A stretch of DNA of 46,046 nt, taken from NCBI GenBank assembly GCA_032718475.1, contig JAUCBJ010007893.1, positions 1-46,046 of the forward strand, read 5' to 3'. Made by a program: the position numbers and the translations under genes. Source of the stretch: Nemertoderma westbladi (lineage: Eukaryota > Animalia > Xenacoelomorpha). The notes under the pieces are model-generated. The model made no database searches. It was given only the letters and a program-made list of their open reading frames with translations, and was not told the origin of the DNA. This document shows, one piece after another, positions 13,666 through 25,001 of this stretch (within the stretch, counting starts at the first letter, position 1; each line of letters begins with the position of its first letter).

Positions 13666-15360
13666 CATCGAGATTGGAACCAACTTTTACATAATAGTCA
13701 TTAAACATCGTAGCTATGGTAGAGGGATCAACATATGAGCGGGAATTTTGATTAATTAATGTTGGGGAGGTATTGGTAGATTTTCTATTTATTAATAAGT
13801 TTATTGATTTCCACATATTTCTAGCATTATTCTTATTCTTATCTAAATTGTTTTGAAAATATTCTTTTTTTGCATGTCGTATTGCACTTTTCAATGAGTT
13901 TCTATATCGCCGAAATTTTTTATTATTATCATCCGATGGATTCTTAATGTATAGGTAATAAAGATTATCCTTTCGTTTGATACAACGCTGCAATCCCTCG
14001 CTAATCCATGGTGTATTGATATTTCTTATTTTAACTTTTTTAATTGGAAATGTAGAATTGTATAATTTTATGAAAGTGTTTGTGAACAAATCATAGGCTA
14101 AGTTAGGATTTGCAGCATTAGTGTAAACATCCTCCCATTTTTCAATACGTAACAAGTTATTAAAGTTGTCTATTAGTGAGTCATTTATTTTTCGTGTTAA
14201 TATGTATTTTTCCGTTCTTTGTTTCTTATTAAGTGGCAATGGGTTATCCAGTAGGAATATTGGTAAGTGATCCGTGATTGCAGTAAAAAATATTCCAGAT
14301 TCGGTATCTTTGGATATAGTATTACAGTATATGTTATCAATACACGAAGCTGAATACTCAGTAATTCGAGTTGGTTTTGATATGGTTGGAAAAAAATTAA
14401 AGGAGCAAAAAAAGTTAAAAAAATCTTGTGTGTGAGCATGGCGATCCATTTTTAAAAGATCAACATTGAAGTCTCCCATAATGTAGCAAATTTTACCCTC
14501 ATCCGATATTTTTTTTAATACTGGTTCAAGTTTTGTGATAGTGTCTTGAATGTCTAGTCCAGGTGGGCGCTAAACCACGCCAACAATTACGTTTTTCGAT
14601 TTGGCCTGTGGGATTTCTACAAATAAAATTTCTGCATCGTAGTCATTCGATCTTTTGATGTTTAGGTCCTTTCTCTGTATTGCTGACATATTTTTATCAA
14701 CATAGAGACAAATTCCACCACCACTCTCTTTCGTTCTACTTTTAAAAAAAGCATCATAACCAAATATGTTAAATTTAGTCGTATCGTGTTTGTTTTCATC
14801 TATCCAAGTTTCAGACAGACCTATGATATTGAACTTGTTTTTTATTTGGTCTAAGAAAGAAAGTGTTTGATCGAAATTTGCATTTAGACTACGTGAGTTG
14901 AAATGTATTAATGAAAGTTTGTTAGGCTGTACATTATTAAATTTTGAGTTAAAATCGTCATAAAAATGATAATTACAGTTACGAATAGCTGAAAAATCAG
15001 ACTGAAGGTTTGAGTCAGGGTTAAAGTTGTTATCAAAATCCATTCCTGTCGAAGTGGTATTGTATGGTTTAAATAGCATACTATCAAGTGCTTCGATATT
15101 AACTGCTGAAGGAACTCTATAGTCTACTAGTGTTAATTTGAATTCGTCATTATCCTGTATCCATAAAAAAGGCAGGTTGTCGGCTAGACATTCAGGACGG
15201 TACCAATTGAGATTTGATTTCTGAAAATATCTATAATCTGTTGTGTTTAGAGATGGAGTAAAGCATTTCGTGTGATACCATTGTAGGCAGATGTCACAGC
15301 AGAGAGCTGCATGGTTTTTCCCCACTGAAATGTGACAGGTCCCATATGGATATTTTTTGA
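13666..15360 (-). pseudogene. LINE ORF2 N-terminus: degenerate PHD finger + AP endonuclease
   Basis: YGTC...CCDICLQWYHTKC...WYRPEC (PHD with two Cys lost); APE motifs; premature stop at 14570. Confidence 0.88.
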
Positions 15361-15962
15361 ATTTCGCATTTGATGGTAAAAATGACCCGGTGGATCCTGT
15401 AAAGTGTTGTAAAAGTCCTGTAAAGGGTTGTACTGCCATAATAATTAAGATAGCTTAAAAAAAAATAAAATAAAGTAAATAAAATAACGACAAAATATAC
15501 ATACAAAATACAATACATACAGTACACATACATACATACATACACACATACACATACATCCCCATACAACCCCCCCCCCCCCCATCCCAAATACACATTT
15601 AACACCACAGAAAACAAATATACAAAACACAAACATAAAAATATACTGTACAATCCACAATGAACATGCAAGCCATCTAAAAGCACGACTATGTGGTGTA
15701 TAAGATTGAATCTGGTAACTGGCATATCGACTATTTTCTACAATATAAGGTATTATGATACATCTACTAGGTAATTTAAAATTTACAATTAAGTAGAAGA
15801 TATTATAATAATAGCAATTGAGTACGCAAAACATATTGATGATTATCGTATTAGGTCGATTTATTAGTTATTGTCTGACCACTGTAAACCTACGAAATAA
15901 AACTTGATAAATTTACATCTATAGGATCGAAATATGAAGTAAAGTAAAATATTATATTGCTA

Positions 15963-16855
15963 TTAATGCCAATTGCCTGGCCGGGTTGCATAGTAACCGG
16001 GTACAGGCATGTAAGGATTATTTTGCCCCATCAACGGAGACGACATAGAGAAATGTTGAGGTGGTGTAGCGAAACCATCGACATTAAAACGATTGGTAGT
16101 GGGTATTACTCCTCTAGGGATGAAAGGCGAGTGGATGTCGTCGGAAGCGAATTGCGGGTTGGAGTGGAACCGATTTCCACTAATGGCAACACCAGGGCGC
16201 CATTGAGGTGATGGTCCCCTCCTGGACGGAGTAGCGACGGAGGTTGCAACATGCTTCTTTGCAGTTGTAACATTTTCAGAAGTAGAATCTGGCTTTGAAT
16301 GATTCATAGAGGATTCTAGGCGATGTATATCTTCCATAGATCGTATCATAATTGCATCTTTGTCTTTCGATTTACGGAGGAAAGTTGTCCCCTGACGAGT
16401 CCAACAGAAACTGAACTCGTGCTTTTTCTTGAATAATAGAGCAGCATTAAGAATCTTCTTGTTCGTGTCGCTTAAATCCTCGTTTATGTATATCTTTGAC
16501 CCTTGTAGTCCGGTTGGTAGATCTATTGGATTAGTAAACAAATGACGTCGGTTTATTATCAGATTATTTCGAGTTCTACGGTTAACAAACCTGTAAATCA
16601 CAGAACGTGGTCGTGTAGCTCTCGGATTATCGTGATTTTTGGGTTCAACGACGGCGGAGCCGATGCGGTGACAGTCCTCGATTTCCGACGCAGCGATGTC
16701 AACCCCTACCTTTTCTCCTATATCAATCACAAGGCGCTCAAGGTTATCCCGGTTAATTTCTTCCGGAATCCCATTAATTATAATGTTGTTATTACGCGAA
16801 TGCTGCTCCAGTTTGTTGACTGAGCCTGAAAGCGTGGATACTTCCGATTCGAGTT
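15963..16855 (-). pseudogene. LINE ORF1 (RRM + C-terminal domain, CR1/L1-type), 5' truncated
   Basis: LEQHSRNNNIIINGIPE in the upstream frame; IEDCHRIG..PRSVIYRFVNR; IYINEDLS..FCWTRQG are typical ORF1 motifs. Confidence 0.85.
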
Positions 16856-16862
16856 GGATACT

Positions 16863-17051
16863 CCCCAGAGGAAACTCCAGTACTCATTTAGCTACCACTT
16901 AAGGATGCAAGGCAGATATGAGCCCTGGCTGGTCCCTTTAAAGCATTCGTGCCGAAACGAAAACTGCCCTGGCCCATGTGAGGATCGAACCCACGACCTA
17001 CAGGAGATGTGAATTCAATGCAACCACTACACCAAGATGGAACCTTTAATG
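16863..17051 (-). mobile_element. 5' part of the split tRNA-derived SINE (Pol III head + conserved central domain)
   Basis: Minus strand: A box TGGTGTAGTGG, B box GGTTCGATCC; then GCCTTGCATCCTTAAGTGGTAGCTAAATGAGTAC, resembling the Meta/Sauria-type SINE central domain (recalled from memory, not aligned). Confidence 0.8.
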
Positions 17052-18425
17052 ACATATGTCAGGATGTGCTGATTCTATATCATCCACTAACGGATTCTGG
17101 TACCGTAGCCTGGAACTCCCTGCAAACATTTTGACGTTAATTTAACGTTAATTTACGTTAATATTCTACCATTCCAACGTTATTTTTTAACGTGCCCTTA
17201 CGTTAAATTAACGTATTATTGGCCGGGGTTACTACGTTAAAAATATACATAAATTGTACTCAAATCATACTAATTAACTCATGTCTGAAAATAACGTTAA
17301 CTGCCGTATATTGTGAACGTTATTTTTTAACGTGCCCTTACGTTAAATTAACGTATTATTGGCCGGGGTTACTACGTTAAATAAATACGTTAAAAAAATA
17401 CGTCAATAATACGTTAAAAAAATACGTCACTAATACGTTATTTTTGATTCAAAAGCATAAAAAAGATCAAGTTTGAGATTTACTTCATGGACCACAGCGG
17501 TAGTTACTTGGTGGACCTGCAAGGGACTGGGGGGGGGGGGGGGGACCTAACCCTAACACAGCCTAAGCCTACGCCCCTACACCTACTACACCTTAGGAGT
17601 GGAACCTTCAATGCATTTAGGCAAAATAAATATCGGATTATTTCTGAGAAGAATTATGATGACTTTTGATCAATTGCTAAGAAATTTGTTTAGATTTATA
17701 TAAAATACTATCACATACCTATTTGGCCTCTACGTTAGATAAATCATTTGATTAAATTATTTAAATTTATTAGTTATCAAACAATTTAATTGATAATTTA
17801 AAATTAAATTATAGGAAATTAATAACTATTTAGAGTCTGACGTCATTTAACGTTAGACTTGCGTTTTTTGCAGACGCTGGGGGTAGAATGAAACCAATTT
17901 ATTGTTTGTATTAACTACACTGTATATCAAACCTCACCAATCATTTAACGATGGTAACGAATGGTGTTTATTTTATTTAGCCACTCACACTGAATAAACG
18001 TAGTGCCGATTTTATATAAATACTTAGCAGTCGAAAATGAACTTATTTAACAAATTTTGCCCGGAATAAAAAATAATTCAAAGCTAAATTTACGGTATAT
18101 CGGTAATAAATCGGCATAACGTACTGTACTATATACAGTATTGACTAAATAAACTTCAATAAACAAAAATATGAGAAATAAACAAAACTACAGTATAAAA
18201 AAATAATACCAAAATTGAAAAAAATATTCAATATTGCATCGTTATAAATTCAATAATATTGCACATCCACATCACAATAATATATTGAAGAACATGTAAA
18301 CTAATTAATATTGCAGTTACAGTAGTTATATTATGGGAGTACAAAATAAAGACCTGCAGTTACAGTAGTTATATTATGGGAGTACAAAATAAAGACCTAA
18401 GACCCAACACCTTAAGACCAAAGAC

Positions 18426-19050
18426 CCTACAAAAGTAAGACCCCCCTTCCCCGCCCTGGTACAATGTACGATCCCCCAGGTACAAAAGTAAGACCCCCCA
18501 GGTACAAACGTAAGACCCCCCCCCCCCCCCCCAAGGTACAAAAGTAAATCCCCCTGGTACAAAAGTAAGACCCCCTGGTACAAACGTAAGGCCCCCAGGT
18601 ACAAACGTAAGACCCACCCAGGTACAAAAGTAAGACCCCCAGGTACAAACGTAAGACCCCCCCCCCCCCCCCGAGGTACAAAAGTAAGACCCCCTGGTAC
18701 AAACGTAAGGCCCCCAGGTACAAACGTAAGACCCACGTGGCCCAGGTACAAAGGTAAGACTCCCCTGGAACAAAAGTAAGACCTCCAGGTACAAAAGTAA
18801 GACCTCCCCCCCTTAGGTACAAAAGTAGTGTAAGACCCCCAGGTACAAAAGTAAGTCCAAGTATGACCCCTCCAGGTACAAAAAGTAAGACCCCGCCAAG
18901 TACAAAAGTAAGACCCCCCTGGTACAAAAGTAAGACTCCCCTGAAACAAAAGTAAGACCCCCTAGTACAAAAGTATTAAGACCCCCCCAGGGAAAAAAGT
19001 AAGACCACACCCCCTCCCCCCCCCCCCAGGTACAAAAGTAAGACCACAAG
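18426..19050. repeat. ~21-22 bp minisatellite (GGTACAAAAGTAAGACCCCCCA)n
   Basis: About 25 directly visible copies with variable poly-C. Confidence 0.95.
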
Positions 19051-19170
19051 GTACAACTTGAGTGATAGTTGCATGACACTGAATTACAACACTATATTCC
19101 GGGGGACCTGGTGCAATAAATATTAACGTGACTAAATTAAATTACAATTTTCTAATACAAGAATGATTCT

Positions 19171-19552
19171 ATTTAACCAATGTCTGACGTTTCAAAATAA
19201 CGTTAAAAATCTATGTTAAAATTCAACGTTTGTTTAACGTTTGGGTTTAGTGATTTTTGTTCATGATTAAATTTAACCAATGTCAGACGTTTCAAAATAA
19301 CGTTAAAAATTGATGTTAAAATTGAACGTCGGTTTAACGTTTGGGTTTAGTCATTTTTGTACATGATTAAATTTAACCAATGTCAGACGTTTCAAAATAA
19401 CGTTAAAAATTGATGTTAAAATTCAACGTCTGTTTAACGTTTGTGTTTAGTCATTTTTGTTCATGATTAAATTTAACCAATGTCAGACGTTTCAAAATAA
19501 CGTTAAAAATTGATGTTAAAATTGAACGTCGGTTTAACGTTTGGGTTTAGTT
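19171..19552. repeat. 100-bp tandem repeat (about 3.8 copies), CACTA subterminal
   Basis: ATTTAACCAATGTCAGACGTTTCAAAATAACG units start at 19171, 19271, 19371 and 19471. Confidence 0.95.
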
Positions 19553-19736
19553 GATTTTAGACATGTAGTTTTTAAACGATTATAAGACGTTAGAAAACGT
19601 TTGTTCTAAGTTATTTTTATAACTTTATTTTTCTAACCTAAAACAGACTAAAGTCTAACGTTAGATTAGCGTAATTAACGTAAAATGTTTGCAGGGCTAG
19701 ACCACTACAAAAACTGATGCGACATTATTACGATAC

Positions 19737-20278
19737 GATATTCAATTCTCTATCTTATGCAATCTCAAATATTCAATTCGGTAACTGTACCTTCAATTCA
19801 ATATTCAAACTTAGTATTATTTCTGTGCTTCGTTATTTAATAATGTGATTAGATAAAAAATATAAATTAATGAAATATAATTCATCTGTTAATTATTACA
19901 AAAAAAAATCCAAAATTATATTAACATTTATATAGTTTTGAATTAAATGTTTCGAAATCAACAGTCATTCAATGAACTTATACAGCAGTGTCATATATCG
20001 TGTATCCCTTGGTTTAATCACTATTCTTTATTCAAGTATAACTGAATCCTGGCCGGCCGCCTTCACCCTCCACTGATAATTTAAAATCGTAACTCATTCA
20101 ATCTTTGACTAAATTATACCAAACTTGGTAAACATGTAATCTTGTCTATCGGCTAAAATAAACACAACTTGCTAAAATTTCCCCTATAATGTTTTTTCCT
20201 ATAGAACAGGATGGAGTTTTATTTTAGTAGTAAACAAGCTGTTATTTGCGTCGATTTTCACATGGAGAGGAAGAATAT
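19737..20278 (+). repeat. Dispersed duplication, copy 1 (copy 2 at 43196-43724)
   Basis: About 530 bp near-identical to 43196-43724 in the same orientation. Confidence 0.95.
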
Positions 20279-20568
20279 TTATTGCGCCTCCCCCCCCCCC
20301 CCCCCCTACCTGCAGTTAAGTGAAAATATTTCGGCACCATTTAATTTTATTATCACGGTCGCGCATCAAGTAGTCTGTCAAAAGATACAATTCATTATAA
20401 ACATAACAAAATTAATTATAATAATTCTAAAAATATAAGGCAGATGATCCTAAAGTTAGCTCTTTAGTCATTAACAATCTTATACATTGACAAGACTTAT
20501 ATAATAATTGATGTTGAATAATTATTATAAGATTAAAATATATTATTAGGAATTCGAAGAAAGCAAAT

Positions 20569-21068
20569 TGTATTGAGTTAGTATTGGCAAGTTAATCTCA
20601 CAAACCAGTCTAGTCTAACTTTAGAGTAGCCTTGTTCGCATTGTTCCAGGTTTAGGCTTATAGATTCCACCGTCTTCGTTCCAGGTTTAATACTGTAATA
20701 TACCCCGTTATCCGTCTCGATCGCTTCGCTGTGCACCATCTTACTGGGTTTAATAAACTCCATCGCCTTTCTGTCGTTCTCTGTTTTGTAGATTACTTCG
20801 CCATCGTCTGATCGCTTTGGTTGCGTGTTTAATACTGTAATAGACTCACTCCGTCGCCATAGTATCGTTCTGGATACATTGAATAGACTCCATTGTCCAT
20901 CGTGATCGTTTCATTGTTTAGGTTTAATTGACACCGTCGCCTCCTCAGATTAGGAATCTGGCCGGGTTTTGTAGATTCCGCCATCGTTCAGCAGTTCAGT
21001 GTTTTCTGTTTTTAATCAAAGCCATAATTCCGGCACCGGCACCACGATCAACGATTTCGGAAGTAACA
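20569..21068. mobile_element. Possible LTR-like segment truncating the BEL element
   Basis: TGT...ACA termini, internal short repeats (CCATCGTC, TTTAATACTGTAATA), AATAAA; no TSD found. Confidence 0.25.
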
Positions 21069-21094
21069 GACAGACAGACTCTGTCAACAACGTA

Positions 21095-23932
21095 ACTTGC
21101 GGCCGTAAGCGACACGGTGGAAGGCAAAGAGGGGGAGTACAGCGAGAAGGCAATCAATATGATTCGATGCGGGTTCTATGTGGATGATGGAATGGGTTCT
21201 GGAAACTCGGTTAAGGAGATCCTTGACACAGGGCGCGAAGTTCGCAACATCCTGAAGGGATCAGGATTTAACTTGACTAAATTCCAGTATAACACTAAAG
21301 AATTCATGGAAGCCATAGAGGATAAACAACCGGAGGCAAAACTAGATAAGCCTATGATGGTAAAGGAGCAGATCATGGCGGACAAGAGTATAGAATCGCA
21401 GCAGAAGGTGCTAGGGATCGTATGGAACCGGGAGACAGATGAGTTGGAGTATCAACTAAGTCAGGAAGGAGCCGGGATCCATACTAAATGGGGCTATGTG
21501 TCATACATAGCAAGGATTTACGATCCGCTAGGTCTAACATCCCCATTGTTAGTCACGGGAAAACAAATATTGAAGAAAGTCTACAAGATTAAAGACGACT
21601 GGGATGTGGAGGTCCCAGTGGAGATAAGCAAACTGTGGGAGAAATGGACAAGGAGCTTCAAAAGAAATGGGGACTTATAGTATGCCATGTGTTTACTTCC
21701 CAGATGGGGACATGACCGATTTAGAACTACATATGTTCTTCGATGCATCCCTGGAAGCATATGGTATGGCACTTTATTTGGTACAGCGGAAGGGGACTCA
21801 TAAGCCCAGGCTTGCGTTTAGTAAAGCGAGGTTGACGTCACCAGATTCAGCATCAGTGCCAAAACTCAAGCTAACGACTGCGAGATTAGGAGTGAGAGCG
21901 ACAGCATACTTGGTGGACACGATACCAAGTATAGTGGAGACACACTACTGGACAGATTCCATGGTAGTGTTGGGATGGTTGCATAATGAGAAGACGCGTT
22001 ATCCCATATTCGTGGTGAATAGAGTAGATGAGATAAGAGCAACATCAGACTTTGAGAAGTGGCACTACTGCCCAACTGACGAAAATCCAGCAGATTTGCT
22101 ATCGAGGGGCATTGTACACCATGCTTTCTCGAGGAAGCAGATTTTTTTTAAATATTGGTTAAATTTTATTGGTTAATGTTGTTAATATGTATTTGTTAAA
22201 ATTTGTATATGTAACCAGCAGAAAGAAATAAATATCAAATCAAAGTTGTGGCAGCATGGCCCGCACTTCCTGAACGACAGGTCCAAGTGGCCACCGATGA
22301 GGAAGGTAGATCCAAGTACAGAGGAATTGATAGCGGAGGATGAGGGAGATGAATCAGAAGGGGAAGAGATATTTAGTCAGTTAGTGAGGGAGATTAAGGA
22401 GGTGCCGCCACGATCTAAGGCGATGGAGTCGTGCGATAACCCAACGGATAGGCTACTCAGTTACAGCTCCAGCTGGTATAAGACGAAGAAGCTAGTGGCA
22501 TATCTGAGGGCCTATGGATAATTCATTAAGGGTGCTGGTAAAGACACCAAGACGAGACCCACCATCGATCTGGAAGGAGCGGCTAAAGCCGTGATATGAT
22601 ACTAACAAAGGAAGGGATACAGAGACGAGGTAGACCGCATCAGCAAACAGTAATGCCTTCGTCAGGACAGCGAGCTCAACGCGCTGTCACCACAATTGCA
22701 CAAGGATGGGATCCTGGTCATGAACTCCAGGGTGGTGAACAACATCAGTGCCCTGATCCCACCAAAGCCGATAGTAATCCCCAACAAGTCACCAATAGTA
22801 CACCAGATCATATGGGACGCCCATAAGTCCATACTACATGGGGGTACCAACCAGACCCTAACGGAGATTCGGAAGACATTCTGGGTAATCCAGCTCAGGA
22901 AGATGATGAAGGCAGTAGTGGGGCAATGGCAGATGCGCCGACGGACGAAGAAGGAGGGGGCCGTGCAGGAGATGGCGCCATTGCCGACCAGCAGGGTGAG
23001 GCATCATGACCCACCGTGTCACACATTGTGGCGTGGACATGTTCGGGCCGATTAAGATAAAGGTGATGCGACATATGGAGAAACGCTATGGCATTATTTT
23101 CGTCTGCAATAACACGAGGGCAGTGGGGATAGAACTTGCTCAGGACACCACGGCATTGGCATTTATTAATGCGTTGGAGAGGTTCATGACCCGCAGAGGA
23201 GGAATGGTTGAGGTACTATATTCAGATAACGGGACAAACTTTGTGGGCGCAGAGAACGAGTTAGCGGAGGCCCTTGACATTTTGGGGGGCAAAGATGTCA
23301 AGGCAGCGATGAGGAAACACCTAATCAGATGGGAGAGGAGAATGCCATACGCGCCGCATATGCTGGGATGCGTAGAGCGACTCGTGGGAAGCTCCAAACA
23401 ACTCATGACCAAGCTCATGAATAACCATATGGTCACTGAGGATGTGCTAAGGACAGTGCATGCAAAATGTGAGGGAATCATCAACAGCCATCCGCTGTAT
23501 CACGAGAATGACGATCCAGAATCGCTGGATGTCCTAACCCCAGCACACCTGCTGATGGAGAGACCAGCGACGATTGACATGCGAAACATCAACCCAGATG
23601 ATATACATTCGCGTCAAAGCTGGAAGGTGGCTAAGGCGATAAGTGCAGAGTATTGGGCAAGGTGGATACAAGAGTACCTTCCAACACTGCACAAGAGGGG
23701 CAAATGGAGGAATAACCAGAGGGAGCTGAGGAAGGGTGACTGGATAATTGTCACAGATGACACGATTATCAACAATCACTGGAGGCTGGCCAGGGTAGTG
23801 GAGTGTTACCCCGGCGAAGGCGGAAGAATCAGATCCGTGGAAGTGAGAATCGGAGGGAAGATAGGGGCCAAAGATAGGAAGACCTACAGGAGGGCGGTAG
23901 GGAAGTGTTACCTATTGGAGGGGTTGCCCTAA
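21095..23932 (+). pseudogene. BEL/Pao LTR retrotransposon pol (RT C-part, RNase H/Pao peptidase A17 region, integrase), 5'-truncated and frameshifted
   Basis: FYVDD, KVLGIVW, IYDPLGL, LHMFFDAS, WTDS, CPTDENPADLLSRG, H-x4-HGG, GVDMFGP, YSDNGTNFVGA, ERLVG, LTPAHLL, W..W..EYLPTL, WRLARV motifs. Confidence 0.93.
22112..22244 (+). mobile_element. Short AT-rich insertion in BEL pol, probably a LINE 3' end
   Basis: Interrupts pol right after LLSRG; ends AATAAATATCAAATCAAA (polyA signal + short repeat tail). Confidence 0.55.
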
Positions 23933-23961
23933 GCTAGTTGAGTCATCCAATATATTGGACT

Positions 23962-23975
23962 GAGGGGGGTGGGAA
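23962..23975 (+). promoter_or_regulatory. Polypurine tract; 3' LTR would begin TG at 23976
   Basis: GAGGGGGGTGGGAA|TG about 30 nt after the integrase stop, the canonical BEL/Pao arrangement. Confidence 0.7.
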
Positions 23976-24054
23976 TGAGGGCGAGATGCCCTTCCCATAC
24001 ACTAAACAAAAATAAAATAAACATAAAATAAGTAGTAAATTGATCTAATTTACA

Positions 24055-24535
24055 TATGCACTATTGTGGGCACTGAGGGCGCCACGTGAGGATTTGAGGA
24101 GGGTATGCATGCATATCATGGTGGAAGGGTACATAATACCATAGATAAGTAATACGCACGCACTATTGTGGGCACTGAGGGCGCCACGTGAGGAGTTGAG
24201 GGGGGGGGGGGGGGGGGGGTATGCACGCATACTGTGATGGACCCTTCCACCACGGTATGCGTGCATACATAGATATGCATAGATACATAATATGCACCAT
24301 TGTGGGCACTGAGGGCGCCACGTGAGTAGTTGAGGGGGTATGTATGCATAATGTAGCAAAGGGTACACAGTACCATAGTGGGGATTAGGAGGGGTATACA
24401 TTGCGTATGTCTGATGGGCACAATGTGCCAACGTACATAATAAATACCAACATAAGCCGGGTCAATGGGACCAACAACACGTAATACTTGCTATTGTGGG
24501 CATTGAGGGCACCATGTGTGGAGTTGAGGGGGGTA
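24055..24535. repeat. Four spaced copies of GCACTATTGTGGGCACTGAGGGCGCCACGTGAG (contains E-box CACGTG)
   Basis: Copies near 24058, 24160, 24294 and 24490 (last one degenerate). Confidence 0.85.
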
Positions 24536-25001
24536 TGTAGGCGTAGTAGAATAAACCGTGTAGGCAGCACAAACTAGACTACTATAGCGCATAGCCCATA
24601 GTACAGACTTAGGGTATTGTTTCAGAGCCAGGAGACTGTCTGGTAGGAAGCTAGTACGACAATAGGAAAACTGTAGCTAGTCTTCTCTGTATACAAGTAG
24701 GAATGGATTACTTACGTAGTAATCAAGTAGCGGATAGAATAAAGGCACATATAGGGGAGAATATAAAATAATAACAAAATAATAAAATTATAGCAACTGG
24801 GGAGGAAAATTCTAGAATCATCAATAAAAGCAACGGACAAAATTGTAAATTAGGAGCAAAAATTGACACATAGGGGAATATTTGTACTAAAAGGTAGCAA
24901 AACCAGCAGATAGGAGGTAGGCCATTGCTAATCAAAGCTAATAAGATATTATTTAGTAACCCTCTTACCTAACTGAGTCTTTCTAAGGCCCCACCAGTTC
25001 G

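Larger units (their letters stand above)
8434..16862 (-). mobile_element. CR1-clade LINE (ORF1 + PHD-APE-RT ORF2), 5'-truncated, decayed, interrupted by an insertion at 10597-13665
   Basis: (TCTTA)n 3' tail at 8434-8449; RT motifs PQGSILGPLLF, FADD, NYRPISVL; APE motifs NSRSL, GLSETW, GDFN, IDNI, TDHLP; putative TSD CCCCAGA at 8422-8428 and 16863-16869. Confidence 0.9.
17118..19696. mobile_element. Non-autonomous CACTA/EnSpm-like element (CCC termini, 2-bp TSD)
   Basis: TIR CCCTGCAAACATTTT / AAAATGTTTGCAGGG; TSD CT at 17116-17117 and 19697-19698; empty site CCTGGAACTACACCACTAC at ~42504-42522; AACGTT-rich subterminal repeats. Confidence 0.9.

Noticed and set aside
10568-13669. GAACCATC as an 8-bp TSD of the 3 kb insertion
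   Set aside because: Using CATC at 10593-10596 keeps the LINE-like ANIPHA codons and gives a more natural ORF2 junction; the 8-mer looks coincidental
15294-15834. Hydrophobic minus-strand ORFs between LINE ORF1 and ORF2
   Set aside because: Low-complexity (TG/TATG, poly-G) spacer with no domain signal
16970-17041. Possible tRNA gene
   Set aside because: A and B boxes are present but there is no convincing cloverleaf or acceptor stem; it is followed by a SINE core, so it is a SINE head
18369-19079. GLTFVPG-repeat ORFs; regular repeats resembling a CRISPR array
   Set aside because: Tandem minisatellite without unique spacers, no cas genes, eukaryotic context
24055-24535. ~33-bp repeats with variable spacers (CRISPR-like)
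   Set aside because: Spacers are 70-160 bp and partly related to each other; better explained as degenerate tandem/LTR repeats
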